Shown one piece after another: positions 33,057 to 43,481 of a DNA stretch of 64,000 nucleotides (position 1 is the first letter of the stretch; the number at the start of each line of letters is the position of its first letter). Source of the DNA: Candidatus Doudnabacteria bacterium. GTDB lineage: Bacteria > Patescibacteriota > JAQUNI01. Made by a program: the position numbers and the translations under genes. The notes below the pieces were generated by a model. It did no database searches. It was not told where the DNA came from and was given only the letters and a program-made list of their open reading frames with translations. The stretch covers positions 9,761-73,760 of the forward strand of contig JBAZQX010000006.1 of the NCBI GenBank assembly GCA_041644975.1. Direction: 5' to 3'.

Positions 33057-33665
33057 TTATTCCACCAACCTTCCTTTGACAATGAGTCTTTTCAGCGGCG
33101 TTCCAACCGGCCAACAAGTCATTAAGGAAATAGTGGGTTCGGAAGTGGATGCTAACACCTGCACTTCGTTTTCGGAAACAATTATTTTATCAATGACTCT
33201 ATATAAATATTCTTTACCCTGATAATATACTTTGATTTCGTCATTTGTTTCTAATTTATCCAAGAGAGCGAAAATATCTTTATAATCTCCTTTGCGCCAA
33301 ATATAATCTGATGAATGGCCAAGGATAAAATAATTCCCTACCTCCCCTGAATTTGCCGTCCCCGGATAATGGACGACGCCGTTCTCTAGACCCTTTTGAA
33401 TCGTGCTCTCTTGACTATTCTCCACCTCAATGACTGGCACATTCACATTAATTTTAGGGATGATGAGCCGAGTTTCCGCTGGAATCCCCTCCTCGCGGGA
33501 GGGCTTCTCTAAAATAGTCCGGATTACTTCCGCCTTGGGATATTTAGAATAAAAATAATATTCCGCCTGCTTCACCAAAGCCTGATAATTGATCACTCCA
33601 AAAACCACGGCTAAAAACAAAACCGCGTAGATTATTCTTTTAATTAAACGGAGGGGATGAAACAT
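33057..33665 (-). CDS. sortase
   Basis: N-terminal TM, GVVHYPGT, ILGHSS, LMTCWP...R catalytic set. Confidence 0.92.
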   Translation of the reverse strand: MFHPLRLIKRIIYAVLFLAVVFGVINYQALVKQAEYYFYSKYPKAEVIRTILEKPSREEGIPAETRLIIPKINVNVPVIEVENSQESTIQKGLENGVVHYPGTANSGEVGNYFILGHSSDYIWRKGDYKDIFALLDKLETNDEIKVYYQGKEYLYRVIDKIIVSENEVQVLASTSEPTISLMTCWPVGTPLKRLIVKGRLVE

Positions 33666-33974
33666 AAATAAATCAAAGTGTAAAAATCAAAATGTAAAAT
33701 GATCATCGCTTCGCGAGATCTCGCGAAGCGAGACAGTGCAAAATTTTAAAATGAATTACGTTTTTTGGGAATTCACCATTTATGGTTTTAAAACCGAGGT
33801 TTTCATAGGGTTTTGCCACGCCTTTGCCAGCAGTCACTAAAAAGGCGTGAAAAGGCTAAAGTATACCACGGTGAATACAGTGGCCTAAATTCCCAAAATC
33901 ATTTTGACATTTTAAACTGTCATTTTGATTTTTGCATTTTACATTTTACATTTCTATTATACCAAACTTAGAAT

Positions 33975-34007
33975 AAAAAATCACCTCATACTCTGGAGGT
34001 GATTTTT
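33975..34007. terminator. rplL terminator
   Basis: AAAAATCACCTC...GAGGTGATTTTT. Confidence 0.7.
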
Positions 34008-34017
34008 AAATCTCTAT

Positions 34018-34455
34018 TTATTTCAATGTTACCGTCGCTCCCGCCTCTTCCAATTTCTTCTTAAGCTCTTCGGCTTCAGCCTTACCCATCTTGGCTTTAA
34101 TCACTTTAGGGGCGCTGTCCACAATATCCTTCGCTTCTTTTAGTCCCTGCCCGGTGATTTCGCGGACGAGTTTGATCACCGCGATTTTGGCATCGCCAGG
34201 GGCGGTCAGTTCCACATCCCATTCTGTCTTTTCTTCAGCAACGCCCGCGGCCTCACCGCTCCCAGCAGGGGCGCCAGCGGCAGACATAGCCACAGGGGCA
34301 GAGGCAGAAACGCCAAATTTCTCTTCAAGAACCTTAACCAACTCCGATAGGTCCAATACGGTCATCTTTCCGATTTCTTCCACAATTTTTTTGAACTTCT
34401 CTGGAACTTTAACCTTTTTTTCTTCCTTGATTTCTTCTTTTGTTTCCTCGGCCAT
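34018..34455 (-). CDS. rplL: 50S ribosomal protein L7/L12
   Basis: [21 protein letters not shown]. Confidence 0.97.
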   Translation of the reverse strand: MAEETKEEIKEEKKVKVPEKFKKIVEEIGKMTVLDLSELVKVLEEKFGVSASAPVAMSAAGAPAGSGEAAGVAEEKTEWDVELTAPGDAKIAVIKLVREITGQGLKEAKDIVDSAPKVIKAKMGKAEAEELKKKLEEAGATVTLK

Positions 34456-34505
34456 AAATTTTGTATAAAAGGGAGAATACGAATTATCAAAATCTTGATG
34501 AATTA

Positions 34506-35039
34506 TTATTCTGCGCCTTTTTCGCTAATATTTTTTAAAATATAAATTAAATTACGCAAGTTACCCGCCAAAACGTTGGCAAAACCAGAAACTGGAGCGG
34601 CGATCGCGCCAACAACCCTGGCCCGCATCTCACCGCGACCCGGAAGTCCAGCTAAACTTAAAATTTCTGTGTCCGCCAGAAAACGTTTATCTAAAATACC
34701 ACCTAAAATTTTCAAATCCTTATGCGCTTTTTTAAAATTAACTAAAACGCGAGCAGGCGCGATCTCATCTTCTAAACCAAAGGCCAGAGAAAGCGGCCCC
34801 TCCACCTTCACTTCTTCTTTTAAAACCTTTAGATCTTTATCCTGTTCAATGGCGATTCCGAAAAGCTTTTTTTTTGTAACTTTCAGAACAGCGTTCTCTT
34901 TTTTGAGATGGCGGCGCAGATCTTGGATTTCAGAAACTTTGAGATTTGTAAAATCCGCAAAAACAACGCTTTTCATTTTGCCAAAAATTTCGCATAACCA
35001 TTTTACCTCTTTTTCCTTTTGTTTTTTGGTTTTGGCCAT
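34506..35039 (-). CDS. rplJ: 50S ribosomal protein L10
   Basis: Typical L10 sequence directly upstream of rplL. Confidence 0.95.
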   Translation of the reverse strand: MAKTKKQKEKEVKWLCEIFGKMKSVVFADFTNLKVSEIQDLRRHLKKENAVLKVTKKKLFGIAIEQDKDLKVLKEEVKVEGPLSLAFGLEDEIAPARVLVNFKKAHKDLKILGGILDKRFLADTEILSLAGLPGRGEMRARVVGAIAAPVSGFANVLAGNLRNLIYILKNISEKGAE

Positions 35040-35290
35040 AAAGTTGGAATTAGGAATAGCAAATTAGGGATAAAAAAATAAAGTCTTTTTCCCAAGAGGC
35101 TTTATCAAATACAAAAAAGTCAACTTGCTCTTTCCTGCACGAGATTTACCAAGCGGCTCATACCACCCTACTCGTGGTCTTGGGAAGCATATGTATTATA
35201 CACTGGCAGAAGAAACTGTCAACCTTAAGGGGATTAAGAATTATGAATATTTTTATATTCCTAATTCCTAATTCCTGATTCCTGATTCAT

Positions 35291-36304
35291 TTACGGAAGA
35301 TATTTCTGCTTGTTCAGATTGTGCTCCTGCAAGTTTTTGGAAAAAACAGCGGGTTGTCCTTCTGGATGCAGGAAATACAAATAGTCCGTCTCTTCGGAAT
35401 AAATCACTGCTCTTATCGCGGCTAAACCTGGGTTGCAGATCGGACTTGGCGGCAATCCCTTGTAACGATAAGTATTATAACGGGAATCCATTTGGACATC
35501 CTCCAAAGTGGGCTGGCGCGATTTTTTACCGGTCACGTAATTCACCGTGGCGTCGGATTCCAAAGAACGATCCAATTCAAGGCGGTTATAAAATACCCCC
35601 GCGATCTTCGGCATTTCCTCTTCGCTAGCCGATTCTTTTTCCACAATGCTCGCCAGAATTAAAACATCATATAAATTCTTTTCCTGCTTCTCTATCTCTG
35701 CCGAAAGATCAGACCCCATTTTCTTTTGAAAATTTGCCAACATCTTTTTCAAAAGATCTTCCACGGCTTGATCCTTGTAAACCCGATAAGTATCGGGGAA
35801 CAAAAAACCTTCCAGGGAGGATTCCGGAGGTGTCTTAAAATGGTCAGCGAAGACGCTATCTTCAAAACCGCGGGTCGCGACAATGAAATCGTCTCGCTCA
35901 ATAAGCTTTAACCCCGCTAAATACTGATCAATATCCTGCCGATCCCAACCTTCAATAATTGTAATATCTATCTCCTTAGGCTCTGGTTTGCCAGTCAAAA
36001 CGCGGACAGTTTCGGGAATATTAATCTTGGGTGGCAATTTGAATTCACCCGCCTTAAAATCCTTCTCTCTCTTCTCTGCCCAGACATAGACTTCAAAATA
36101 CCAAGCATCGCGAATAAAACCTTCCTTTTGCAAATTGCCGGCAATCTCTTTGACTCCCTGACCTTCTGTAATCACAAACTGCCGCGTCCCCTCGCTCTCG
36201 TTAAAGGATCTATGGATCTGCCATTCAATAAAAAGCAAAACCGCTAGTAAAATGAATAAAAATGAAATTACAAAAAGAATGATGGTGTTAAAAATTTTCT
36301 TCAT
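35291..36304 (-). CDS. mltG: endolytic transglycosylase MltG
   Basis: LEGFLFPDTY, LASIVEKE, YNTY..KGLPPSPICNPG. Confidence 0.95.
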   Translation of the reverse strand: MKKIFNTIILFVISFLFILLAVLLFIEWQIHRSFNESEGTRQFVITEGQGVKEIAGNLQKEGFIRDAWYFEVYVWAEKREKDFKAGEFKLPPKINIPETVRVLTGKPEPKEIDITIIEGWDRQDIDQYLAGLKLIERDDFIVATRGFEDSVFADHFKTPPESSLEGFLFPDTYRVYKDQAVEDLLKKMLANFQKKMGSDLSAEIEKQEKNLYDVLILASIVEKESASEEEMPKIAGVFYNRLELDRSLESDATVNYVTGKKSRQPTLEDVQMDSRYNTYRYKGLPPSPICNPGLAAIRAVIYSEETDYLYFLHPEGQPAVFSKNLQEHNLNKQKYLP

Positions 36305-36350
36305 AGATTGGAATCAGGAATAATGAATCAGGAATATAAAATATTCATAA

Positions 36351-37430
36351 TCACAAATATTTCTTCTGCCCATTCTTCTCCAATGTCTCCACGATCTTCT
36401 TTACATCCTGCGACCGATCCTTGGGGCAGATTAACAAAATATCTTCCGTATCAATGACCACCATATCGCGCATACCGATAGTAGCCACTAATTTTTTGGC
36501 GGGCGCGTAAATTAAACTGCCGTCCGTATCCAAACCAACGTGATGGCACTTGATATAATTCTCGGCTTGACCGTGCGTCAAAATTTCCTTGACCGCCTGC
36601 CATTGCCCCACATCGGACCAGCCAAATTCCGCGGGAATGGTTAAAATCTTTTTAGTTTTTTCCACGATGCCATAGTCCACGGAGATGGGCTTAATCTTGC
36701 TGTACTCTAGGTCTAAAACTTTTTTTTCTTCCTTCGTGCCAATGGCTTTTTGAATCTTCCTTAATTTTTTATAAGTGTCGGGAAGATATTTTTCAAAAAG
36801 CGCGACCAAGGCCTTCGCCTTCCAAAAAAACATCCCCGAATTCCATAAATATTGGCCTGAAGCGATATAACGTTGGGCGGTTTTCAAATCCGGTTTTTCC
36901 ACGAAACGTTTCACATAATAGACAGCATCCTTGCCTCGCTTTTTTAAGAGACGACTGCGTTCAATATAGCCATAGCCGGTTTCAGGATAAGCCGGATTCA
37001 TACCCAAAATCACCGTGTATTCCGGTCTCTCCGAAACAATCTGTTCGGCTAATTTTGCCACCCGGCGATATTCATCTTCATCCAGAATATAATGGTCGGA
37101 GTAGACGCAAGATATCACTGCCTCCGGATCCCGTTTTTCCAAAATCACCGCCGCGAGGCCTAGAGCCGCCGCTGTATCTTTGCGTTCCGGCTCCAAAGAA
37201 AAATTGGAAAGCGAAAGAGAAGGGAGTTGTTTTCTAATATCCTTAAAATTTTTCCGCCCCGTGGTAATGAGAATATGCTTTTTATCCACGGCTTTGGCTA
37301 GACGGGTGAAAGTTTTTTGCAAAAGCGTGCGGTTGCCAATAATGGCTTGGGATTGTTTGGGTTTAGCCTTGCGACTTATAGGCCAAAGGCGCGTCCCCGT
37401 TCCGCCCGCCATAATCACGGCGTAGAACAT
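36351..37430 (-). CDS. manC: mannose-1-phosphate guanylyltransferase
   Basis: MAGGTGTRLWP.SR..PKQ, FVEKP, WNSGMF, WSDVG. Confidence 0.9.
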   Translation of the reverse strand: MFYAVIMAGGTGTRLWPISRKAKPKQSQAIIGNRTLLQKTFTRLAKAVDKKHILITTGRKNFKDIRKQLPSLSLSNFSLEPERKDTAAALGLAAVILEKRDPEAVISCVYSDHYILDEDEYRRVAKLAEQIVSERPEYTVILGMNPAYPETGYGYIERSRLLKKRGKDAVYYVKRFVEKPDLKTAQRYIASGQYLWNSGMFFWKAKALVALFEKYLPDTYKKLRKIQKAIGTKEEKKVLDLEYSKIKPISVDYGIVEKTKKILTIPAEFGWSDVGQWQAVKEILTHGQAENYIKCHHVGLDTDGSLIYAPAKKLVATIGMRDMVVIDTEDILLICPKDRSQDVKKIVETLEKNGQKKYL

Positions 37431-37539
37431 AATATTAAAGTGAAAAGCTAAAAGTGAAAAGCTAAATTTCAAAACTAAAAACTTCTATGATCTTTTTCCT
37501 TTTTGATAATCTTAATGGAAAATCGATAGGCTCTGTATT

Positions 37540-38232
37540 TTACTTGATCTTGCTTTTCCATAAGTTTTTAGCTTGAAGTTGTGGCTTTACACTTTGCGCT
37601 TTTACTAATGGCACGAATGAGAATCCTGGCTCTTCGGTAATCTCAAAATCATCTTCACTTATTTTTTCCAGTCGCGTCATTGTGCAAGTATAAGGCGAAC
37701 CCACGGGAATGACCATCACCCCGCCCACTTTTAACTGCGCTTTTAAAGCCTCGGGAATCTCAAGCGCCGCCGCCGCCACAATAATGCGGTCATAAGGCGC
37801 CGCTACCGGATGCCCTTTCCAACCATCGCCTAAAATAAATTGAACATTGCGGAAACCTAATGCCTTAACATTCTTCTCGCCAAACTCTTTCAATTTTGGA
37901 ATTACTTCTAAGGCGTAAATTTTCCCTTTGGCGCCAACAATGTGCGCGAGCAGCCCTGCCTGCCAGCCAGAGCCTGAACCCACATCTAAAATCTTGTCTC
38001 CCCTTTTCGGGGCGAGCATCTCTAGCATCATCGCGACGGTCAAGGGCTGGGAAATCGTCTGACCGAAACCAATGGGTAGAGGGGCGTTAATTTCCGACTG
38101 TTCGCGCAGATCCTCTGCGCTTCTACCCTCCTTGGGGATAAAACGAAAGCGAGGCACTCTTCTAAATGCCTCAATGATCCGCGGCGTGCGCAAATGTCCT
38201 TGACTGATTAGGGTTTCAATTAGAGCGGACAT
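37540..38232 (-). CDS. pcm: protein-L-isoaspartate O-methyltransferase
   Basis: GQTISQP, DVGSGSGW, APYDRI, FVPL. Confidence 0.95.
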   Translation of the reverse strand: MSALIETLISQGHLRTPRIIEAFRRVPRFRFIPKEGRSAEDLREQSEINAPLPIGFGQTISQPLTVAMMLEMLAPKRGDKILDVGSGSGWQAGLLAHIVGAKGKIYALEVIPKLKEFGEKNVKALGFRNVQFILGDGWKGHPVAAPYDRIIVAAAALEIPEALKAQLKVGGVMVIPVGSPYTCTMTRLEKISEDDFEITEEPGFSFVPLVKAQSVKPQLQAKNLWKSKIK

Positions 38233-38509
38233 AATGATGTTTATAATCTAACATAAATTCTTTCCTAAATCAAGGAAAGACCCCCTCCCCGCCCGCCTCG
38301 CACTCCCGCCGCGCCCGCCATGCAGCTAAGAGCGTTGCGGGCGGGCGAAGCTTGTGAGCGGGCAGGCACCTCCCCCTTCCGCCCAAGGCGGACACAGTGG
38401 AAGGGGGAGTGAAAAATCCCTTGACTTTTATCTTTATAACTTCTAAAATCAATGTGCTCTGAATATCCTTGGATCTTTACACTCATACTGAATTGGAAGG
38501 AGAGAAAAA

Positions 38510-38881
38510 ATGGAGAGAACATCTTTTGTTATAGCAAGCGTAGAGAATGGAATAAGCGCTGCGACATTGTCCGCAATTACGGGCATTATTTACACAATGG
38601 CGGAAAAAGTGGAGGAAGCACTGTCTCCCTTGACTAAATGTCCTATTATTTGGGGTATTATTCCTTATCTGTATAATAATGAGGAACCTGCGTGCACCTA
38701 TTCTGTTTCTATATGTAAAGGTGTGGAAACGCCTGAAGCATTGCGGCTAATCCACGTAGATGGGGCTCTGATGAGCGTGGCCAAGGTGGTCGATCATTAT
38801 GTTTCTGCGCAATTCCCGCTAGAGATGATTGAAAGCAATATACGGGATATTATTAGTGACTTAACAAAACAAATGCCTTGA
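38510..38881 (+). CDS. hypothetical protein
   Basis: AGGAG RBS, TTGACT-17-TAAAAT promoter (38421-38449), terminator at 3' end. Confidence 0.65.
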   Translation: MERTSFVIASVENGISAATLSAITGIIYTMAEKVEEALSPLTKCPIIWGIIPYLYNNEEPACTYSVSICKGVETPEALRLIHVDGALMSVAKVVDHYVSAQFPLEMIESNIRDIISDLTKQMP

Positions 38882-39400
38882 CCCACGGAATAAGCTGGGT
38901 CTTTTTTTTATATAAAGTTAATCTCCCACCCCCTCCCCGCCCGCCATCGCTTCGCTTCAGGCGAGGCGGGCGGGCATCTCCCCCTCTTAATCAAGGGGGG
39001 AGTAAAAATCCTTGCTTTTTTTCTTTAGATATGATATAATATAACCATCAAGTACAAAGAGCTCGCCCCGTGTCTAAAGCGAGCTTTTCGGCTTTTTAAG
39101 GATGTCGTTCGCGAACGACATCCTAAAGAACGGCAAAATATCCAGATTCCAGCCTTTTAACCCATCTTTACTAAACATTGAATTATGGAATGTATCGTCA
39201 TTGCGAGGGAGGCATCTGATGCCGACCGAAGCAATCTCCTAAATCTGTATAAATACAGCTCGATGAGATTGCTTCGTCGGGCTCAAAGAGCCCTCCTCGC
39301 AATGACAAAATGAATTTCGTAATTCCAAGGTTACTAAAGCTTGGGAGTGAGTAAAATCAAAACAAATATCCTACCCCAAAACAAGGGCGGGACACATAAA

Positions 39401-40822
39401 ATGAATATCAAGACTATTCTCAAATGGTTCGTGCCGTATAAGAACAATCAATATCAACCTTACGCTCTGCGTAAAAAGGCGCTTACCTTTTATGTCGCCG
39501 TGATTTTCATACTGAAGGCGAGCGTCGGTTTTTTGTTTTTCGCTTTTCCGGAAACCGCCTATCTCTCTCAAGTGAGCATTAAAGAAATCGTAGACCTCGC
39601 GAATCAATCTCGCGCCGAGGTAGGTCTCGCTCCCCTTAAACTGAATGCCAAATTAAATATCTCGTCCGCGGGAAAAGCCGAAGATATGATGACGAAGCAA
39701 TATTTTGCCCATAACTCGCCCGAGGGCGTGGAGCCTTGGTATTGGTTTGAGAAAGCGGGCTATCCCTACACCTACGCGGGAGAAAATCTGGCTCTCGGTT
39801 TTGAAACAAGCACGGGCGTGCATCAAGCTTGGATGAATTCCAAAGGTCACCGCGACAATATTATCAATCCTAATTACAAAGAGATTGGCGTCGCGATTAT
39901 TTACGGCAATTTTGAAGGCAGTTTCACCACGATTATTGTTCAGCATTTCGGCTCTATCGAATCCACAACTCCCCAAGAAGTCCCTGCCTATCCGCCTCCG
40001 AAAAAAGAAACCCCGGCGCCGACCACCCCGCCTCAAACCCCGGCGAATCCCGACCGCACGGCTCCCGCTCCCCCGCGCATTCTAACCCCCGATCCCCGCA
40101 CGCTGACGAATAATAAAGAAGTAACCATCACGGGACAAGCCGAAAAAGAAAGCACAGTTTTAATCTATGAAAAAAACCAAAAGATCGGCCAGACCAAAGC
40201 TACTAAAAATAACCGCTTTAATTTTGCTTCCGCTTCCGATTTTTCCGATGGCGAACATTCTTTCCGCGCCATGGCGGTGGATAAAGCAGGAAACCGCAGC
40301 GCTTTCTCTAAAAGCGTGGCGGTGGTCATTGACACAACTCCGCCGGTAATTGATATGGAAAAATCATATATCCTGCCCACTTATCTTAATCCGCTTAAAA
40401 CCTTTGATGTCTTCGCTTATGTGACTGGCGAACCGGTGGAAGTCAAAGCCACTGCCGGTCAAAATGAAGTTATTCTCAAAGAAAAAGAGGCGCATCTCTA
40501 TCGCGGCGTTATTAACCAATCAACAAGCGGGGTCTGGGTTCAAACGAAAGATGCCGCCGGCAATGTTGCCAAGGCAAAATTAAACTTTACCCAAAATGTC
40601 AGCAGCGAGCGCGACCTGCATCTGGTGAACTCCGACAATAGTTGGACGCTTTTCTTAAACACACTGGATCAAACTAGCCGCAATCTTATTATAATCTTTA
40701 GCGCCGCGATTATGATTCTTCTGCTTGTAAATATTCTTGTGCATATCAAAAAACAAAACAGTAAAACCATCAGCTCTGTCTTGCTGATTATCCTTATTAA
40801 CGGTCTTCTCCTGGCGGCTTAA
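39401..40822 (+). CDS. CAP/SCP domain plus Ig-like domain membrane protein
   Basis: YFAH, AGENLA, WMNSKGHRDNI; Pro-rich linker; DKAGN Ig-like repeats; TMs at both ends. Confidence 0.85.
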   Translation: MNIKTILKWFVPYKNNQYQPYALRKKALTFYVAVIFILKASVGFLFFAFPETAYLSQVSIKEIVDLANQSRAEVGLAPLKLNAKLNISSAGKAEDMMTKQYFAHNSPEGVEPWYWFEKAGYPYTYAGENLALGFETSTGVHQAWMNSKGHRDNIINPNYKEIGVAIIYGNFEGSFTTIIVQHFGSIESTTPQEVPAYPPPKKETPAPTTPPQTPANPDRTAPAPPRILTPDPRTLTNNKEVTITGQAEKESTVLIYEKNQKIGQTKATKNNRFNFASASDFSDGEHSFRAMAVDKAGNRSAFSKSVAVVIDTTPPVIDMEKSYILPTYLNPLKTFDVFAYVTGEPVEVKATAGQNEVILKEKEAHLYRGVINQSTSGVWVQTKDAAGNVAKAKLNFTQNVSSERDLHLVNSDNSWTLFLNTLDQTSRNLIIIFSAAIMILLLVNILVHIKKQNSKTISSVLLIILINGLLLAA

Positions 40823-41009
40823 TCTTGGTTATTCTTGAGGCCACTTAAAATAAAGGTCGAGGTCTCAAAGTAACAATAGTAAAACCCGCCTTCGTCTCAT
40901 TGACTTCGGCGAGGTAAAACAAAAATAAAAAACACCCTTAAATAAATAAGAGGGTGTTTTAATTCTTAAAAATATTGACAGCGTGGAATAAAAAAGAATA
41001 TAATGGTAG

Positions 41010-41101
41010 CGGATAGGTGAATACCCCTCCCAAAAGAGTATTAGCTTATTCCAGCCTTCAGGGAGCCCTTGATTTTGAAGAAAGCTCCCGGAAGGCTTTT
41101 T
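41010..41101 (+). ncRNA. candidate small RNA
   Basis: TTGACA-18-TATAAT (40975-41004), one hairpin, then a terminator; no ORF. Confidence 0.4.
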
Positions 41102-41128
41102 ATTATTTTTAGGACTTCCGCGTTTGAT

Positions 41129-41199
41129 GTCATCCCCGACCTGATCGGGGATCCAGGTTAATAGCACTAATCCTGGATTCCCGCTTTCGCGGGAATGAC
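41129..41199. repeat. GTCAT(C/T)CCCG...CGGGAATGAC REP-like palindrome (second copy 47643-47761)
   Basis: Both lie inside an outer AGGACTT.CG...CG.AAGTCCT inverted repeat. Confidence 0.8.
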
Positions 41200-41713
41200 A
41201 ATAGGTATATTCAAATTTAATTATTATCAAACACGAAAGTCCTATACTTATTGATTTATTGTATTGCCAAGATTAAATAATGCAATAAGACATTAAAACA
41301 ATAAAAATTAGCTAAAAATTAAAAAATAAAAATTAAAAATTATTCGTCTGTGGATAACTTTTTGACTCCTCTAAGCAAGGTGAGATATAATGATATATCT
41401 TTAGGAATTTAAGCCTCAAAAATAAAAAAATAATGTTTCAGAAAGAGCGAGGAAACCGAGTCAAAAAAAATCAATTCAGCGGATGGATTGTTTATATTTT
41501 ATTGATAAAAAAACAACGCAGTCGAAAGTCCCTTTGTTAATTCAAGGGACTTTTTAAATAAAATAAGTTTGCTTTCTAGCCTCTTTGAAATCAAAGAGGT
41601 ACATCCCCATACTTCTAAAAGTGTGGGGGTAAAAAACAAAGACTTTAACAAGGAGGGATAAGTCTCCCCTTTTTAATTTATAAGTAAGAAGTAATAAGTG
41701 AGAAAAAATAAAG

Positions 41714-42064
41714 ATGATTCAGAGAGATATTGAGAAAAGAAGTTTTGATTTCGCGGTGAGGGTAATTAAGATGGTTAATGAACTGCCTAAAAGTATAGCC
41801 GCCTATGAACTAGGCAAACAGGCAATCAGATCAGCTTCTTCTATTAACTCCAACATTGTCCAAGCAAGATCAGGTGTAAGCAAAGCAGATTTTGTGCAAC
41901 ATATGAAAGTTGCTTTGAAAGAAGCGAAGGAAACTGAAAGATGGATTGAGATGATGATAGCAGTTAATCTAGTCTCTAAAACAAAGACAGCATCACTTTT
42001 ACAAGAAAATGTAGAAATCATCAAAATCTTGGTCACCATCGTCAAAAATGCCCAAGTAAAATGA
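41714..42064 (+). CDS. four helix bundle protein
   Basis: QAIRSASSINSNI.QA...SKADF...LKEAKETERW; flanked by inverted heptamer tracts. Confidence 0.88.
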   Translation: MIQRDIEKRSFDFAVRVIKMVNELPKSIAAYELGKQAIRSASSINSNIVQARSGVSKADFVQHMKVALKEAKETERWIEMMIAVNLVSKTKTASLLQENVEIIKILVTIVKNAQVK

Positions 42065-42120
42065 ATCTTATCACTTCTAACTTATTACTTATGACTTTAA
42101 AAGAAGGGAGGTGTTAAAAA

Positions 42121-43389
42121 ATGAAAAAAATTATTCTAGGCTTAGTTGCTGTGGTCGCTATCGTCGGCGGCGTCATAGCGATGTCCGCCTTTGAGGCGCA
42201 TGTCGTCAATGTCACCGCGAAAATTGAAAATGCGTTGAATGTACCAATTACAGAATTGGGATTCGGTACGGTCTTCCCCGAAGAAGTCCTTAATAAAACC
42301 CTGGCTGTGAACTTAAGCGAATCTTTTAAAGAAGCAGCGGGTTGCAACACAACAAACTTGATTCAAAACGGTGGATTTGAGACACCAGAAGTGACGGACG
42401 CGGCCAAGTGGGAAATTTTCCCCAGTGGTGCCACAGGGCTTTTTTGGACCATTGGATGGGAACCCGGACAGTCAACTACCTATGGCGGACAAACTCGTCC
42501 GGATCCGGCCCTCAAAGAACTACAAGAAGGTGTCAATGGTTGGCTCCCTGCCGAAGGCGACCAATATGCTGAGCTCGATACTGATTGGTTTGGACCGGGT
42601 AACCCCTTAAGCGGCGAACCTGCTCGTGTCAACATCTACCAGAATATCACCACGACCATCGGCAATACCTACAAGCTCACTTACAAGTATTCACCGCGAC
42701 CTGGTGTAGGTGCAGACAATAATACACTGATTGTCCGCGTGAATGACAGCCAAGTAGCAACTCATTCTGCTGTTGGAGGCAGTAATACCATCTGGACTGA
42801 ATACACTTATGAGTTTAAAGCGACGGGTACCACAACCAAGATTGAATTTGCAGCAGGTGGCGCTTCCGATTCTTTGGGTGTTTTCTTGGATGATGTAAAA
42901 CTAGTTGAATGCGGTCGGGTCAATACGGTTGATTATGTCGTTCGTCAGAAGCCCAAGTGTGTTGACGACACTAATCTTTCCATTCATCCCCAAGTCACTC
43001 ATAACACAAATGGCGATTTTGCTTGCCCTAGAGGTTCAACGATGATGCCTTTACTCTGTCCTTATCTCTCTAAATCAGAAACAACGAGTGATGGCGAAGG
43101 CAAAGATAATGATGGCACGCCAATTACAGCCTTTCACGGACCGCTTACTGGCTGGACAATGGCAAATACGGAGGCAAATCAAGTGAAAGGAAAGCTGTCC
43201 GCGGCCATTAAGGACATTGCGGATGAATGGCTGATTGATCTCCATGTGCCCTGTTTCAAAGGGATGTGTGCCCAAGACAATGTAATTCCGACAGATTACC
43301 AAGCCGATCCAACACTCGAACATGCAGTCTTCGGCTGTGATCTCTGGCTGGAAGTAACAGGCATTGATCAGGAGCAACCGGCTCCGTAA
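42121..43389 (+). CDS. secreted putative fibre subunit with an inserted carbohydrate-binding-like (DUF642/CBM) domain
   Basis: Signal peptide + AFEAHVVNVTA; NLIQNGGFE...LDDVKL jelly-roll. Confidence 0.6.
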   Translation: MKKIILGLVAVVAIVGGVIAMSAFEAHVVNVTAKIENALNVPITELGFGTVFPEEVLNKTLAVNLSESFKEAAGCNTTNLIQNGGFETPEVTDAAKWEIFPSGATGLFWTIGWEPGQSTTYGGQTRPDPALKELQEGVNGWLPAEGDQYAELDTDWFGPGNPLSGEPARVNIYQNITTTIGNTYKLTYKYSPRPGVGADNNTLIVRVNDSQVATHSAVGGSNTIWTEYTYEFKATGTTTKIEFAAGGASDSLGVFLDDVKLVECGRVNTVDYVVRQKPKCVDDTNLSIHPQVTHNTNGDFACPRGSTMMPLLCPYLSKSETTSDGEGKDNDGTPITAFHGPLTGWTMANTEANQVKGKLSAAIKDIADEWLIDLHVPCFKGMCAQDNVIPTDYQADPTLEHAVFGCDLWLEVTGIDQEQPAP

Positions 43390-43481
43390 CATAAAGACAA
43401 CCTTGAATTCACTTTAGCTAGTTTTCATTGTTGATCGTTTCCCCTCTGCTTCTGCTTTAGGCAGACGGAGGGGAGGGATCA

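Noticed and set aside
27005-42064. Diversity-generating retroelement suggested by Avd-like four-helix proteins
   Set aside because: No reverse transcriptase and no TR/VR pair in the window.
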